NCBI GenBank assembly: GCA_963737905.1 | Contig: CAVTUQ010000007.1 | Coordinates: 352,001-416,000, forward strand | Source: an uncultured delta proteobacterium | Lineage (GTDB): Bacteria > Desulfobacterota > Binatia > UBA9968 | Reading direction: 5' to 3' | Length of the DNA stretch: 64,000 bases | Shown: positions 1 through 10,155 of the stretch, one piece after another | Position numbering within the stretch: the first letter of the stretch is position 1 | Layout: each line of letters begins with the position of its first letter | Position numbers and translations under genes: made by a program | The notes under the pieces: model-generated | The model's database searches: none | The model's input: only the letters and a program-made list of their open reading frames with translations | What the model was told of the DNA's origin: nothing

Positions 1-59
1 CAATCCCCTGCTCGCGTCCCAAAATCGATCATGTTTCATCAGGGACGCGCAATTTACCA

Positions 60-137
60 CAGGATCGAACTGAACGCATCGGGCAAATCGTACAAATCGC
101 ACAGGATTTGATCGTCGGAGAAATCAGTTCAATCCTG
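60..137. repeat. ~70-78 bp repeat family R1, copy 1 (14-bp terminal inverted repeats)
   Basis: CAGGATCGAACTGA (60-73) ... AAATCGCACAGGATTT ... GGAGAAA-TCAGTTCAATCCTG (124-137); related copies at 1261, 2306, 5730, 9931, 10060. Confidence 0.8.
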
Positions 138-162
138 GCAGCGCAGCCTTAGTTTTCTGCCA

Positions 163-1149
163 TCACTTGATCACCTTATCCGCTCGGTACAGCACCGACT
201 GCGGAATTGTCACGCCGATCTGCTTGGCGGTTTTCAGATTAATCACCAGTTCAAATTTCATGGGTAGTTCGATTGGCAAGTCGGCGGGTTTCCTTCCCTT
301 GAGGAGCTTATCGACGTAAATCGCCGCGCGCTGATAAAGGTCAGCAAAGTTAATACCGTAAGCCATCAATCCGCCGTCTTCGACGAACTGGCGCGTCTGA
401 TACATTGACGGTAGTCGAAGTTTGACCGCGAGCTCGGCGATCCGCCGTGAATTTCGCGTCATGATTGGCCCTCCGGTTATCAGCAGTGCATTGCGGTTAC
501 GCGTTTTTAAATCATCAAAGGCGCGATCGATATCCCCGGCGCTCATGATCTCGTAAGTGTGGAGTTGCAGCCCAAGAGAATTGGCCCCCGTTTTCGCCTC
601 TTCAAGTACAAAACCTCCGATCGTGCGAGCTTCGGGGTTCCACAGTAATGTCACGACACTGATCTTGGGGACGGCCTCTTTGAATAGCGCCAACCGCTTG
701 CCCTCCATACCGGGGCCGGCGCTGCTTGAGAGACCGGTCAGGTTGCCCCCTGGCTGTGCCAGACTTTTGGCTAGACCCTGACGAACCAGGTCGCCGGCAC
801 CAACGGATACAATAGGAGTTGTGCTGGTCACGTGGAGAACGGCGCGGTTAGCTGAAACGGTCGTCGTCAGAATAACGTCAAGATTGAGCGCAACGAGCTC
901 TGCTGCCAGCGTTGGCAACGCGTCGTTCTTACCTTCCGCGTAGCGATAATCAATGACGATATTTTTGCCCTCGACGTAGCCCAGATCACGCAGTCCCTGG
1001 CGAAATGAGTCCAGGTGGGGTTGATCTTTAGAGCCGATGAAGAGAAAACCGATCCGCGGGATTTTCTTCGGCTGTTGCGCCTGGGCCATCACTCCAACAG
1101 CAAGCAGTACCGCTGCAACCAACATGGATGACCAACCAGTTGTTTTCAT
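163..1149 (-). CDS. ABC transporter substrate-binding protein (ABC_sub_bind/PF04392-like), orphan
   Basis: Signal peptide ending AQAQQP; motifs FRQGLRDLGYVEGKN, SLAQPGGNLTG, PADLPIELP, RADKVIK; start moved to MKTTGW. Confidence 0.9.
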   Translation of the reverse strand: MKTTGWSSMLVAAVLLAVGVMAQAQQPKKIPRIGFLFIGSKDQPHLDSFRQGLRDLGYVEGKNIVIDYRYAEGKNDALPTLAAELVALNLDVILTTTVSANRAVLHVTSTTPIVSVGAGDLVRQGLAKSLAQPGGNLTGLSSSAGPGMEGKRLALFKEAVPKISVVTLLWNPEARTIGGFVLEEAKTGANSLGLQLHTYEIMSAGDIDRAFDDLKTRNRNALLITGGPIMTRNSRRIAELAVKLRLPSMYQTRQFVEDGGLMAYGINFADLYQRAAIYVDKLLKGRKPADLPIELPMKFELVINLKTAKQIGVTIPQSVLYRADKVIK

Positions 1150-1260
1150 TGCGCACTTCACTGTTACGCTATTTATCACGAACATGGAAGCTGAGAAAAC
1201 TGTTGTTTACCGCGGAAGGCAAACCGGATTCGTCGAGGGCAAAAGTCCAAAATTCGACGT

Positions 1261-1290
1261 AGGATTGAACTGAACGACGCTTCAGCGCAA
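1261..1290. repeat. R1 repeat, partial copy (left end)
   Basis: AGGATTGAACTGAACGACGCTTCAG matches the left part of R1. Confidence 0.65.
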
Positions 1291-1466
1291 TTTGGGTTCA
1301 AACTCTGCGAGGGGCATTCCAATTTGTTTAAAGTCAGACTGAATCACTACCCACAGTCCCGCTCGTGGACCTCTCAATTTCAGGGGAGTAAGTCTACAAG
1401 TTTTAACGGGACATTTTGCACCTTGAATCAAGATTCTTAATCAACTAATTAGTTTAAAGGAGCTTT

Positions 1467-1560
1467 ACGAATTGCGCATCGGTGTGAGGGTGACTACCTG
1501 GAGGAGATGTGCGATTTTTGGGAAGGGATCTGCGAGCCGGTCATCCACTACCTGATTTAA
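1467..1560 (+). pseudogene. 3' remnant of a small Cys-rich protein gene, repeated at 11609-11701
   Basis: Reads RIAHRCEGDYLEEMCDFWEGICEPVIHYLI*; no start codon in frame; differs from the second copy by 5 substitutions and 1 indel. Confidence 0.6.
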
Positions 1561-1632
1561 ACGAGACGTTCGTCTTCACCAAAACGGCGGTTCTCGATTC
1601 AACTGAAAGCCCATGGCCATCCGCTCAGTTGC

Positions 1633-2055
1633 TCATCGCTTGCCTAGGCGGGAAGAGGAGGTTGAAGGCGTCCCAAAGCCGTACACGCTGAAATAGACGA
1701 TTGTGTAGAGGACAACCGTAGCATCCATAATGGCGCCGAGCCAAAAGCCCTCAGCATATGGGCGGCTGCCATTGGCTACCACGAGATAGACCATGAAGGC
1801 TTTCTCACAAGCGCTATAGATCAGAATCGGTTTCCGCCAGTCCGCCTGAAAGGCTGCGACGATCATGAAGATGCCCATCAGTCCCACCATGATGCCCCAG
1901 TGCTGCAGGATGATCGTGTACTCTTGGATGAACGCGATCTTCCCGATCGCCTCCACTGCCCACCGCGGCCAGAAGGCATAGAGGCTGGCCAACGCAGTTC
2001 CAGCCCCGGTGAGAACGAAGAAGGGGCGGAAAGTAAGATCGAAAAAGCGCTTCAT
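1633..2055 (-). CDS. hypothetical membrane protein (about 4 TM segments)
   Basis: 140 aa ORF with hydrophobic segments; AGGA upstream of the ATG. Confidence 0.8.
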   Translation of the reverse strand: MKRFFDLTFRPFFVLTGAGTALASLYAFWPRWAVEAIGKIAFIQEYTIILQHWGIMVGLMGIFMIVAAFQADWRKPILIYSACEKAFMVYLVVANGSRPYAEGFWLGAIMDATVVLYTIVYFSVYGFGTPSTSSSRLGKR

Positions 2056-2305
2056 ATCCTATGGTCGTCGCATGTGTCTCGATGGTCGGCATTCCGTCTT
2101 ATGGCCCGCGCGCCTATCGTCTCTCTAGTAAATAGCGGGAAACGTGTCTATTGGACTTTAGTCCAATATGCGGATAACTGGGCCTCGAATAGAAATTTTG
2201 ATCAAAATGAAGGCAAGGAGACGGTTCGAGAACGGAACTCTGAGGTGGCTACGCTCGCCGATTCCCGCGCGGTGCAGCAGCTGGAATTCCCACGTTAGCA
2301 GCCCA

Positions 2306-2381
2306 GCGCCTCTGACAAATTTATAAGGATTTGAACTGAACAACGCGTCTGGTGAATCTTACAGGATTTGGTCGATGGAGA
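2306..2381. repeat. R1 repeat, overlapping tandem partial copies
   Basis: GCGCCTCTGACAAATTTATAAGGATTT overlaps AGGATTTGAACTGAACAACGCGTCTGGTGAATCTTACAGGATTTGGTCGATGGAGA. Confidence 0.7.
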
Positions 2382-3163
2382 TCTCTAAACGGAACGACCG
2401 TGTCAACCCTGCGGCGATGAAAGTTTGTAAATTTTGTGCTTGCCAGTCAGAAAAAAACCTCCGCATTTCCTTTTAAACGCACGATCTCACTCAGACATGA
2501 CCTATGATATCCCCCTTTTTACCGAGCACCACCAGACTATTCGATCAACTTCGGGTAGCAACCCACACATCTCTTCGCGCCTCATTGAGCGCATGATCAC
2601 TCCTCCGGCGGTTTCTCCCTTACGACAAAACCGCCCATGAATGCCATTCCGTTTATGAGATCAATTCAGTTCAATCACAGGGGTAACGGTTAACGTCCTG
2701 GTGAACCGGGGGCCAGCGACGAAGGTTGATGAAGCATAGCGCTTGTGGCCCGTTCATTCCACTGGAGTTAGTGCGCGTGCCCATCAGGGCTCAACTTTCC
2801 AGAAATGATGTCAATCACGCGCTGCACCTCCTGGAATTCGGACTGCCCCATGTCGAAGATCACTTCGATTCTGTTGTTCCGATCTCTCGCAATTTCAAGA
2901 AGGAGGCGAGATGAACTGAACTCAATCGAACGTAAGTGAAAGTGCCCGATATGTCCCCATGTGATTCAAAGGTTGTACTCTCGCCGGCACTGACAATCCT
3001 CCAGGGCCACTAACGGCGCCCTGACCACTTTCACTTTTTGGAATAAGCAAGCGCAACTGTTCACCAACTCTTTCAACTAGCCCTGCTACGCTTTTACTCG
3101 AGGTAAGCACTGAGCTGCTTGGCGTCGTTGTACGCCTGCATCGCTTTAGCTGTTCGTGATCGA

Positions 3164-4315
3164 TCACGCGCCCAGCGCAGATCCGATCAACTTTGCAGAA
3201 GTGCGGATACCTGCCGTGAAGGCAAAAAAGGAGCCGAAGTCTTGGGTCGCGCACATGCTCGTAAAGAACAATCCTGGTAGGTTGCTCTGGAAATGCTCAT
3301 CTAGCACAGGGAAGCCGTTCCGGGTTTCGAGGCGCGCTAGGATGTTGCCTTTTGTCAGCAATGGAATTTGTTCCACATTCACCTTATAGCCTGTCGCTAA
3401 AATGATCTGGTCGGCCACGAATGCCGAGCCGTCTAAACTCACTTGAAGCTCACGATTGGGCAATTCCTTGCATCCGGTCACGTGCGACTGCGGAAATAGT
3501 TTAATAGCATCTGTACTGATTCGTGCTGCCAGCCATGGCTCCAATTTCAATCGTCCTTCTGCCCATAGCCGTTGATTGACCTGCTCCTTCTCCTCCACAG
3601 TCAAACGACGAAACCAGCTCGGATCTTCAACCATTGCATCCATAATCGGATTCACCCATGACCACTCCGATTGTTGGAAAACTGGAGTCGAGTGGCGATA
3701 AGACAGACTGACTGTGTCAGCGCCTTGTTCATTCAGTAGGGCCGCCCACTCAAATGCGCTTTGACGCCCGCCGATAACAAGCACGCGTTTGCCCTTCAAA
3801 AGCGCCAAATCCACCAAATCACACGTATGGGCGAAACGTCCAGGGGGAAATAAGGACGAATAAAATTCGGGCACATTCTTGAAGTAGCGGAAGCCCAGCG
3901 CGAGAACCACATTCCTGGCCGTCAAGATTTTCCCGTCCTGCAAGACAGCTTCGAAGAACGGGGGCGTGTCATGGACATAGTTGAGCTGTTGCACCCACGC
4001 GGGCAGGATCTCAATCCCTTTTTGCTTCACAAACCACTCGACGTAGCTCAGATAAAAGTCGAGCGCCAGCGGCTCAACCTCGACCGGTTTGAGGTTCCTG
4101 GTTTCGAGATAGCGTTCAAACGTATCCTCGTTGAATGGATCATAGTGCCAGTCGCAGGCGGAACGGAGGTACATGCCCTTCGGCATATTGGATTTCCAAA
4201 AATCCATCGTCTTGCCGAGGGCCATGTACTCGATGTGTTTGTGACGGGCATACGTCGCCATTGCCAGGCCATAAGGGCCAGCGCCGATGATAAGCAAGGG
4301 GAGGGGTCTTGCCAT
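3164..4315 (-). CDS. FAD/NAD(P)-dependent oxidoreductase (flavin monooxygenase-like)
   Basis: IIGAGPYG FAD motif, VIGGRQSA NAD(P) motif, ATGY motif; start MARPLP. Confidence 0.85.
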   Translation of the reverse strand: MARPLPLLIIGAGPYGLAMATYARHKHIEYMALGKTMDFWKSNMPKGMYLRSACDWHYDPFNEDTFERYLETRNLKPVEVEPLALDFYLSYVEWFVKQKGIEILPAWVQQLNYVHDTPPFFEAVLQDGKILTARNVVLALGFRYFKNVPEFYSSLFPPGRFAHTCDLVDLALLKGKRVLVIGGRQSAFEWAALLNEQGADTVSLSYRHSTPVFQQSEWSWVNPIMDAMVEDPSWFRRLTVEEKEQVNQRLWAEGRLKLEPWLAARISTDAIKLFPQSHVTGCKELPNRELQVSLDGSAFVADQIILATGYKVNVEQIPLLTKGNILARLETRNGFPVLDEHFQSNLPGLFFTSMCATQDFGSFFAFTAGIRTSAKLIGSALGA

Positions 4316-4331
4316 GGTTGTTTTCTCTTTT

Positions 4332-5537
4332 TCAGGTCTCGATGGCGATGGCGACGGCCTCACCGCCGCCCAAACAAAGCGCGGCTAGGCCACGCCGCAA
4401 ATAACGCTCGCGGAGTGCATGCACTAAAGTGACTAGCAGACGCGCGCCCGTGGCGCCGAGTGGATGGCCGAGCGCAATCGCACCGCCCTTGATATTGACC
4501 TTATCCCAATTCCAACCACTGTCCGCCAAAGCGTACCCATTCGCCAATATTTGTGCGGCAAATGCTTCGTTCAATTCGATCAAATCGACCTCATCGAGTG
4601 TCCAGCCAACCCGGGTCAGCAAACGCGGAATCGCTTTGGCCGGGGCATCGAAAATATATTTCGGTTCCACTGCCACCTGAGTATAACCAACAATGCGGGC
4701 CAGTGGTTGCGCGCCTGTGGCCTTGGCTTTCGCTTCGCTACCGATGACGAGCGCGCTGGCGGCATCGTTCAACCCTGGCGCATTGCCAGCCGTGACTCGA
4801 CCATCCGATCTGAAGGCCGGTGGAAGTTTAGCCAGTGCTTCTAGCGAGGTGTCGCGGCGCGGCCCTTCGTCCTGCTCCACTATGAAGGTTTCGCCTTTGC
4901 GTCCATTAATATGAACAGGAACGATTTCATCTTTGAATTTCCCACTCTCGATCGCGGTGATCGCTTTGCGATGACTCGACAGGGCATACTCATCCATTGC
5001 TTCGCGCGTCACTCCGTATTCGTCGGCAATAAATTCGGCTGCGTTGCCCATTGCCCAATCCTCGAAAGCGCACCATAACCCGTCCACGACCAACGCATCT
5101 TTGAGTTGGGCATGGCCGTAACGCAATTGGTTCAGATGCCTTTCGAGCAGATACGGCGCATTACTCATGCTTTCCACTCCGCCAACGACAAATACCTTGC
5201 CATCCCCAGCCCGGATTGCCTGGGTCGCGAGCATGGCGGCTTTGAGGCTCGCACCACAGACCTTATTCACAGTTGTCGCGCCGACACTGCTGGGCAGACC
5301 GCCTCGGATGGCGCACTGGCGTGCGATATTTTGACCCAAGCCGGCGGAGACGACATTGCCCATTAATAATTCGTCAATATCTTCGAGGTTGGGCACACCC
5401 GCTTGGGATACAGCGGCGCGCACAACCGCTGCACCCAACTGCACGGCGGACACTGAGGATAAAGCGCCTTGCAATCGCCCGATGGGGGTGCGGACTGCGC
5501 TCAAGATGAATGCTTGCGTTATCCCGTTCATACTCAC
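4332..5537 (-). CDS. acetyl-CoA C-acyltransferase (thiolase)
   Basis: NKVCGAS, NEAFA, GHPLGATG and CLGGG canonical thiolase motifs. Confidence 0.92.
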   Translation of the reverse strand: MSMNGITQAFILSAVRTPIGRLQGALSSVSAVQLGAAVVRAAVSQAGVPNLEDIDELLMGNVVSAGLGQNIARQCAIRGGLPSSVGATTVNKVCGASLKAAMLATQAIRAGDGKVFVVGGVESMSNAPYLLERHLNQLRYGHAQLKDALVVDGLWCAFEDWAMGNAAEFIADEYGVTREAMDEYALSSHRKAITAIESGKFKDEIVPVHINGRKGETFIVEQDEGPRRDTSLEALAKLPPAFRSDGRVTAGNAPGLNDAASALVIGSEAKAKATGAQPLARIVGYTQVAVEPKYIFDAPAKAIPRLLTRVGWTLDEVDLIELNEAFAAQILANGYALADSGWNWDKVNIKGGAIALGHPLGATGARLLVTLVHALRERYLRRGLAALCLGGGEAVAIAIET

Positions 5538-5729
5538 TCCGTTTTCATATCTCAGGCGTGTTGATCACTAACCCACTACTATTCGCGGCAGGCAATGCAC
5601 TTACAGTCGCTGGCTATATTCTAAAGCCAACGAGTAATGCTCCCGTACAGATTAAACCATAGATCCAGATCTCTGGCGATTGCCGCGAAACCGCTCAACC
5701 AATGAATACCTGCAAGGCACAACTGTACT

Positions 5730-5799
5730 CCACAGGATTGAACTAACCGAGCCTCAGACAAATCTCACAGGATTTAGCCGATGGAGAAATCAGTTCAAT
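5730..5799. repeat. R1 repeat, full copy
   Basis: CCACAGGATTGAACTAACCGAGCCTCAGACAAATCTCACAGGATTTAGCCGATGGAGAAATCAGTTCAAT. Confidence 0.8.
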
Positions 5800-5853
5800 T
5801 AGAAGCTTAACGTCCGATATGAGGGATTAGTGCCACTCTTGGACGCCATGCCC

Positions 5854-7452
5854 TTAGCGCGAAGAACTAGACGGCCCAGAGCTGAGAGCTACAGCTATAC
5901 AGCCAATACCAGAAAGGCTACGAAGGATCTCGCCAGAGCCGCGAATGGGCAACCAAACCTCCATACCCTCGAATACACATGTGAGCCGGTAAGTTCTCTT
6001 CAGGGCTCCCCACATCCTGTCGTCCCACTTCCGAAGACCACGGTAGCGGTTACCCTCGTGGTCCTCGGCCTCTCCATTCCGAATGACAATGAGATCGTAC
6101 ATGCCCGCGTCTATTTGAGTTACAACAGGCCCGGAGTTCCATCGGCCTCGGAGTTCGAGAACCGAATTCAAATATGGGTCGGGAATCTCCGGGGTCATGC
6201 TGTGAACTGTCACGTCTGGAAGAGTCGACAGCAACCTTCGCCCGGACACCGTGGACACGAAAGACTCCCACTTCGTCTTGCGAACTTGATAGTCGCTAAC
6301 ATTCGCATAACTACTCCTCAGATACTCAACTTCTTGCCGCAGCATCGGCATAAACGCCTGCAGGAGCAATACAAAGAGCATCGCTATGACCAGTATCGGA
6401 GTGCGATTTGCCTTCCGTTGAAGTTCGCACAGTCCCGGCCCAGCCAGGACTGCCGAGGCCACTAATGGTTCCCAGAAGTAGTTTATGTTGCCTCCCACTT
6501 GCGGAATAGTGAGACTCGCCACGAGCCACGCGACAATACAGTAAATGAGAAAGAGGAGCCGTTCAGGAGCACGTTTCCACAGAGCTAAGAAACCACCTAT
6601 AGCAGCGAGAGGCACCACTGGTTGAGACGCGGCGTTCCAAAGTATGGATAACGCCCCCGAGAATTCAAGGACCGGGTGCCGAAGAGCCGCGATGTGTTTC
6701 AGCATCAGAGGCTCACGCCACCACACAATTGCATATCCACCGGCAACGGTCAGCGCAACACCTGTAGCCCAGAGGATAGCCTCCTTGTATCGCCGCTGGT
6801 AGAGAAGCCAGCTAACAATAGCGATCGGCACGGAGAAGAATGTCGGCTTAACGAGAAGTGCAATCCCGGCGCAGATTGCGGCACCGATCGCCTGCGGGCG
6901 CGCATTCGTGAGGAGGAACCAGTAAACACTCAAAAGCGACAATGCAAGTGCTAGGAAATCGCCTCGAATCTGAGTTGTCCAGAAAGCTAGCGGATGCGCA
7001 GACACGGCGAATAGGGCGCAAAGCCACGCGATGGGGCGCGAGCTGTACAGTCGTCTGCTGATCAGGAATATGAGTAAAACGCACAGGCACAGCGCGCACA
7101 CTATAACGAGTCGCACCAGCACCTGAGGAGTGATGCCAGCGGCTTGCGCCAGCCTATAAGGAACTGTAAGGAGGACATAAGTCAATGGCCCGTAAATAGT
7201 AACTAAATACGGAGGGCGATCACTGTCGGGATAGATATGACCAGAACGGATGACTTGCTCAATTCTAAGCAGAGTGGCGCTGTCCGGATAATCCACGTCT
7301 CTAAAGTTCGCCAGCCCGAGAGCCGTGCCAACTGCTGTACACAAGGCACCTGCCAGCAAGAGGGCAACCACCGATCCACTCAATAGCGACTTGCACCGCA
7401 GTGCTTTAATCACGCGCCCAGCAGTCCCACGCTTTATGCCGCATGTCGCCAC
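5854..7452 (-). CDS. polytopic membrane glycosyltransferase (GT-C fold, ArnT/GT39-like)
   Basis: Many TM segments; YGPL and RGD motifs, LLVKPT; downstream of a GT2 gene. Confidence 0.7.
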   Translation of the reverse strand: MATCGIKRGTAGRVIKALRCKSLLSGSVVALLLAGALCTAVGTALGLANFRDVDYPDSATLLRIEQVIRSGHIYPDSDRPPYLVTIYGPLTYVLLTVPYRLAQAAGITPQVLVRLVIVCALCLCVLLIFLISRRLYSSRPIAWLCALFAVSAHPLAFWTTQIRGDFLALALSLLSVYWFLLTNARPQAIGAAICAGIALLVKPTFFSVPIAIVSWLLYQRRYKEAILWATGVALTVAGGYAIVWWREPLMLKHIAALRHPVLEFSGALSILWNAASQPVVPLAAIGGFLALWKRAPERLLFLIYCIVAWLVASLTIPQVGGNINYFWEPLVASAVLAGPGLCELQRKANRTPILVIAMLFVLLLQAFMPMLRQEVEYLRSSYANVSDYQVRKTKWESFVSTVSGRRLLSTLPDVTVHSMTPEIPDPYLNSVLELRGRWNSGPVVTQIDAGMYDLIVIRNGEAEDHEGNRYRGLRKWDDRMWGALKRTYRLTCVFEGMEVWLPIRGSGEILRSLSGIGCIAVALSSGPSSSSR

Positions 7453-7581
7453 ACTCCCAACAATTGACTCCTCCCGGTTGATACCCGAGGACCGAAGTGA
7501 GTTGTCGTGAAATCAGAAGTTTTTTTCATCGCCACTTAAACCTAAACGCGCGTAAATCGGAAGATGTACTTTGCATGGCCA

Positions 7582-8328
7582 CTATAATAGCCTGCTAGCT
7601 GCCGATTCTGGGCCATTTGGAATCGTCGTAAGTCGCCAGACAGCAATGATCGTTTTGCCAACGGAATATAGGAACAGCCTGTCAAAAACTCGCGAAATTG
7701 GGACGACCCAGCGATCCCAGAATCGAAGTTGAGATCTGGTCGGCATGGATTGCCGGAGCAATAGCCTGTTGGCGGCCGACAAGATCAAGCCGGCGCAATC
7801 CAGATATTGCATTCGTTCGAGTCGGAGCCTTGCAGGCGAAATCGCTCGCAGCATCGGGCGATTGTAACGCCGAAAGTGCCCGATGGCAGCATCAAACGGA
7901 GAAAAGAGGCGCTGGTGCGCGGGCGATAGGACGATGAGGTGACCGCCAGGCTGAAGGTGCGATGCCGCTTGATTCAGTTCTTCACGGTCGTTGTCGATGT
8001 GCTCCAAGACGTCAATGTAGATGATCGTATCGAACTTCTGGTCGGCCAGCGATTCTAATGTTCCGCAGACAGTTTCGTACGTGCGCCGTGGTTCCGTTTC
8101 TGCTAAATTCTTGCCTAACTGGACGATGAGTTCAGGATCGGGCTCCAGGCAAACCCACCGACCAGGGCCGGCGGGATCGAGAAATCTGGTGTTCGATCCA
8201 ATTCCGGCGCCCACTTCGAGAATATCGCCCACGAGAAACGGTCGTATCTGCCGGGACCAGTATGCCTTCCAGTTCCATACGGCAGCGAACAGGTGCAATT
8301 CTGAGCCAACATCCTTGAATTCACTCAT
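7582..8328 (-). CDS. class I SAM-dependent methyltransferase
   Basis: ILEVGAGIG motif I, DVLEHI, GHFRRY. Confidence 0.88.
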   Translation of the reverse strand: MSEFKDVGSELHLFAAVWNWKAYWSRQIRPFLVGDILEVGAGIGSNTRFLDPAGPGRWVCLEPDPELIVQLGKNLAETEPRRTYETVCGTLESLADQKFDTIIYIDVLEHIDNDREELNQAASHLQPGGHLIVLSPAHQRLFSPFDAAIGHFRRYNRPMLRAISPARLRLERMQYLDCAGLILSAANRLLLRQSMPTRSQLRFWDRWVVPISRVFDRLFLYSVGKTIIAVWRLTTIPNGPESAASRLL

Positions 8329-9301
8329 GAGAATAGATGTCTATGGCCCCTTCCACAAAAAATGAGTAATCCCGGAGAGGCACAAAGCCCAGGCTCGCCC
8401 TGTTGGAAAGCAGAAAGAATGCAAAGCTCGTCGCAATCGTGACCAACTGAATCACGACAATGGCGAGGATGCCGGTTGTATAGGTAGCCCACCCAGGTAT
8501 TGCCGGGTTGGTAAAGAGCCGGATCATGGTGATGAGAACCATTCCAAAGCCAGCCAGGAAGGAACCGGCTAAAGAACCGATCAGAAGACGCACGCCGACA
8601 ATGTCTCCGAACACCGAGAAGGCGCTGAGACCGTGGCAAACCAAAGCGACGAAGTTCATCCCGGAAGTTCCCGCGATCCGGGTTCCCCTGGCAATTGGGA
8701 TCATCGTAAAGGGAAGTTTACTTCTATATACAGCAGCAGCGTAATGATTCCACAGTTCGCTCATCACGACGAGCGTATTCAGGTACCGGAAGGGCAGAAT
8801 ACTGAAGTTTCCTACTTTTACACCGATGCCCGTCAGGCATCGATGCAGGAATTTGTAGAGATAATAAAAACATCGAAACACAAGAGACTCCGACCGGCGG
8901 CTCCGTTCCGCAAAAATGGCCTTTCCACCGTGGGTGTCCGAATAGGCGCGTAGAAGCTGTGCCACGCCCTCTGGTGTATCCTCTCCATCGGCATCCATCA
9001 CAATCACGGCGTCGCAGCTGGTGGTTTGCTGAACGTGGACAAGCCCAATTGCGATTGCCCGCTGGTGGCCAAGATTGCGGCGTAGACGCAGAGTCCGGAT
9101 GGCTCGCACAATTGAGAAGCCAATTTGGAAGTCGTTGCGATCGCACTTCTGCACCGAGCCATCATCGACCAGGAGAATCTCCATCGTGCACGTATCGGAA
9201 GAAATGGCTTTGTCAAGCCGCCGGATTAGTTCCGCGGCAGAGGGCCAGTCGTCTCGGAGCGGCATTAGCACTATCAGGCGCAACGGTGGATGTTGAGTCA
9301 T
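8321..9301 (-). CDS. glycosyltransferase family 2 (polyprenol-phosphate GT, GtrB-like)
   Basis: LVDDGS, RNLGHQRAI, MDADGED; two C-terminal TM helices. Confidence 0.88.
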   Translation of the reverse strand: MTQHPPLRLIVLMPLRDDWPSAAELIRRLDKAISSDTCTMEILLVDDGSVQKCDRNDFQIGFSIVRAIRTLRLRRNLGHQRAIAIGLVHVQQTTSCDAVIVMDADGEDTPEGVAQLLRAYSDTHGGKAIFAERSRRSESLVFRCFYYLYKFLHRCLTGIGVKVGNFSILPFRYLNTLVVMSELWNHYAAAVYRSKLPFTMIPIARGTRIAGTSGMNFVALVCHGLSAFSVFGDIVGVRLLIGSLAGSFLAGFGMVLITMIRLFTNPAIPGWATYTTGILAIVVIQLVTIATSFAFFLLSNRASLGFVPLRDYSFFVEGAIDIYSHE

Positions 9302-9664
9302 GTTGTACTTTCCAGGCGGCGGGGTTGAGAAATGCGATGTGCCGCCATTAAATCAGCCCTGGCGCAGTTAGGTCAAATCGCAATGCTCGTCGAGCGAAAT
9401 ATCAACCTACCCTTCGGTCGTAGAGATTCGGGCCAAGCCTTAAAGGACAAAGCAAATGTGTGGCCGCATCACAGCAACCTTCGAGTTTAGTGACATCCGG
9501 GGTTCGCTGGAACCTCGACCGCGACCTGCCGAAGTACACGCCGCGCTTTAAAGTCGCCCGAGACTTCGCCCAAAATTCCCGTCATTGTCCGGCGCAAGGG
9601 CAGCAGGGAGTGCAGGCTTATGCACTGGGGTTGATTTCGCATTGGGCCGCAGATCCTCAATCAT

Positions 9665-9851
9665 ATGATAAACTCCCGGCTCTTTTAGACCCTGCTGCAA
9701 TGCCTCAAGCCGGAGAGCTCGGGAAGAAGCAGGGGGTAAGCGTTAAAAAAACTATTCGAGGAATCTCTTTTTGCTGCTGCGCCTCGGCTATCACTCCAAC
9801 AGCAAGCAACGCCACTGCAACAAGGATTGACGGCACCGCAGCCTTCTTCAT
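9665..9851 (-). pseudogene. 5' fragment of an ABC_sub_bind paralog
   Basis: Reads MKKAAVPSILVAVALLAVGVIAEAQQQKEIPRIVFL, then degenerates (LQQGLKEPG); not in the ORF track. Confidence 0.75.
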
Positions 9852-9930
9852 TACACACCCCGTTCCGAGTGTTATTTATCACGCGGAACGAAGCGGTTTG
9901 TCAAATGAAGTTCTAGGACAAACGGAGATC

Positions 9931-9970
9931 AACGCCTCGGCCTAAACTCACAGGATTTGTGTGATGGAGA
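9931..9970. repeat. R1 repeat, partial copy
   Basis: AACGCCTCGGCCTAAACTCACAGGATTTGTGTGATGGAGA. Confidence 0.65.
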
Positions 9971-10059
9971 GAACGCAAATTGCCGATCTAAATATCCGTT
10001 TTTCACGACAATCAAACCACTCTCACTTAGCTCTGAGAATCGAAAAAATTCGGCGTAGC

Positions 10060-10125
10060 ATTGAATTGTACGACGCCTCAGACAAAAATTTCACAAGATT
10101 TCTTCGTTGGAGAAGTCAGTTCCAT
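10060..10125. repeat. R1 repeat, degenerate full copy
   Basis: ATTGAATTGTACGACGCCTCAGACAAAAATTTCACAAGATTTCTTCGTTGGAGAAGTCAGTTCCAT. Confidence 0.72.
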
Positions 10126-10155
10126 TTAACACTACTCTGGATTAGATCCACCTAT

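Noticed and set aside
1334-1351. TCAGACTGAATCACTACC as a possible IS terminal-repeat remnant
   Set aside because: Single copy with no transposase or partner end; cannot be verified without ISfinder.
2700-3150. Possible gene remnants (e.g. minus-strand RIEVIFDMGQSEFQEVQRVIDIISG)
   Set aside because: No clear start or family assignment; too fragmentary to call.
57-10125. R1 repeats as a CRISPR array or canonical integron attC sites
   Set aside because: Spacing is irregular and mostly kilobase-scale, no cas or intI gene is present, and the ends deviate from RYYYAAC/GTTRRRY.
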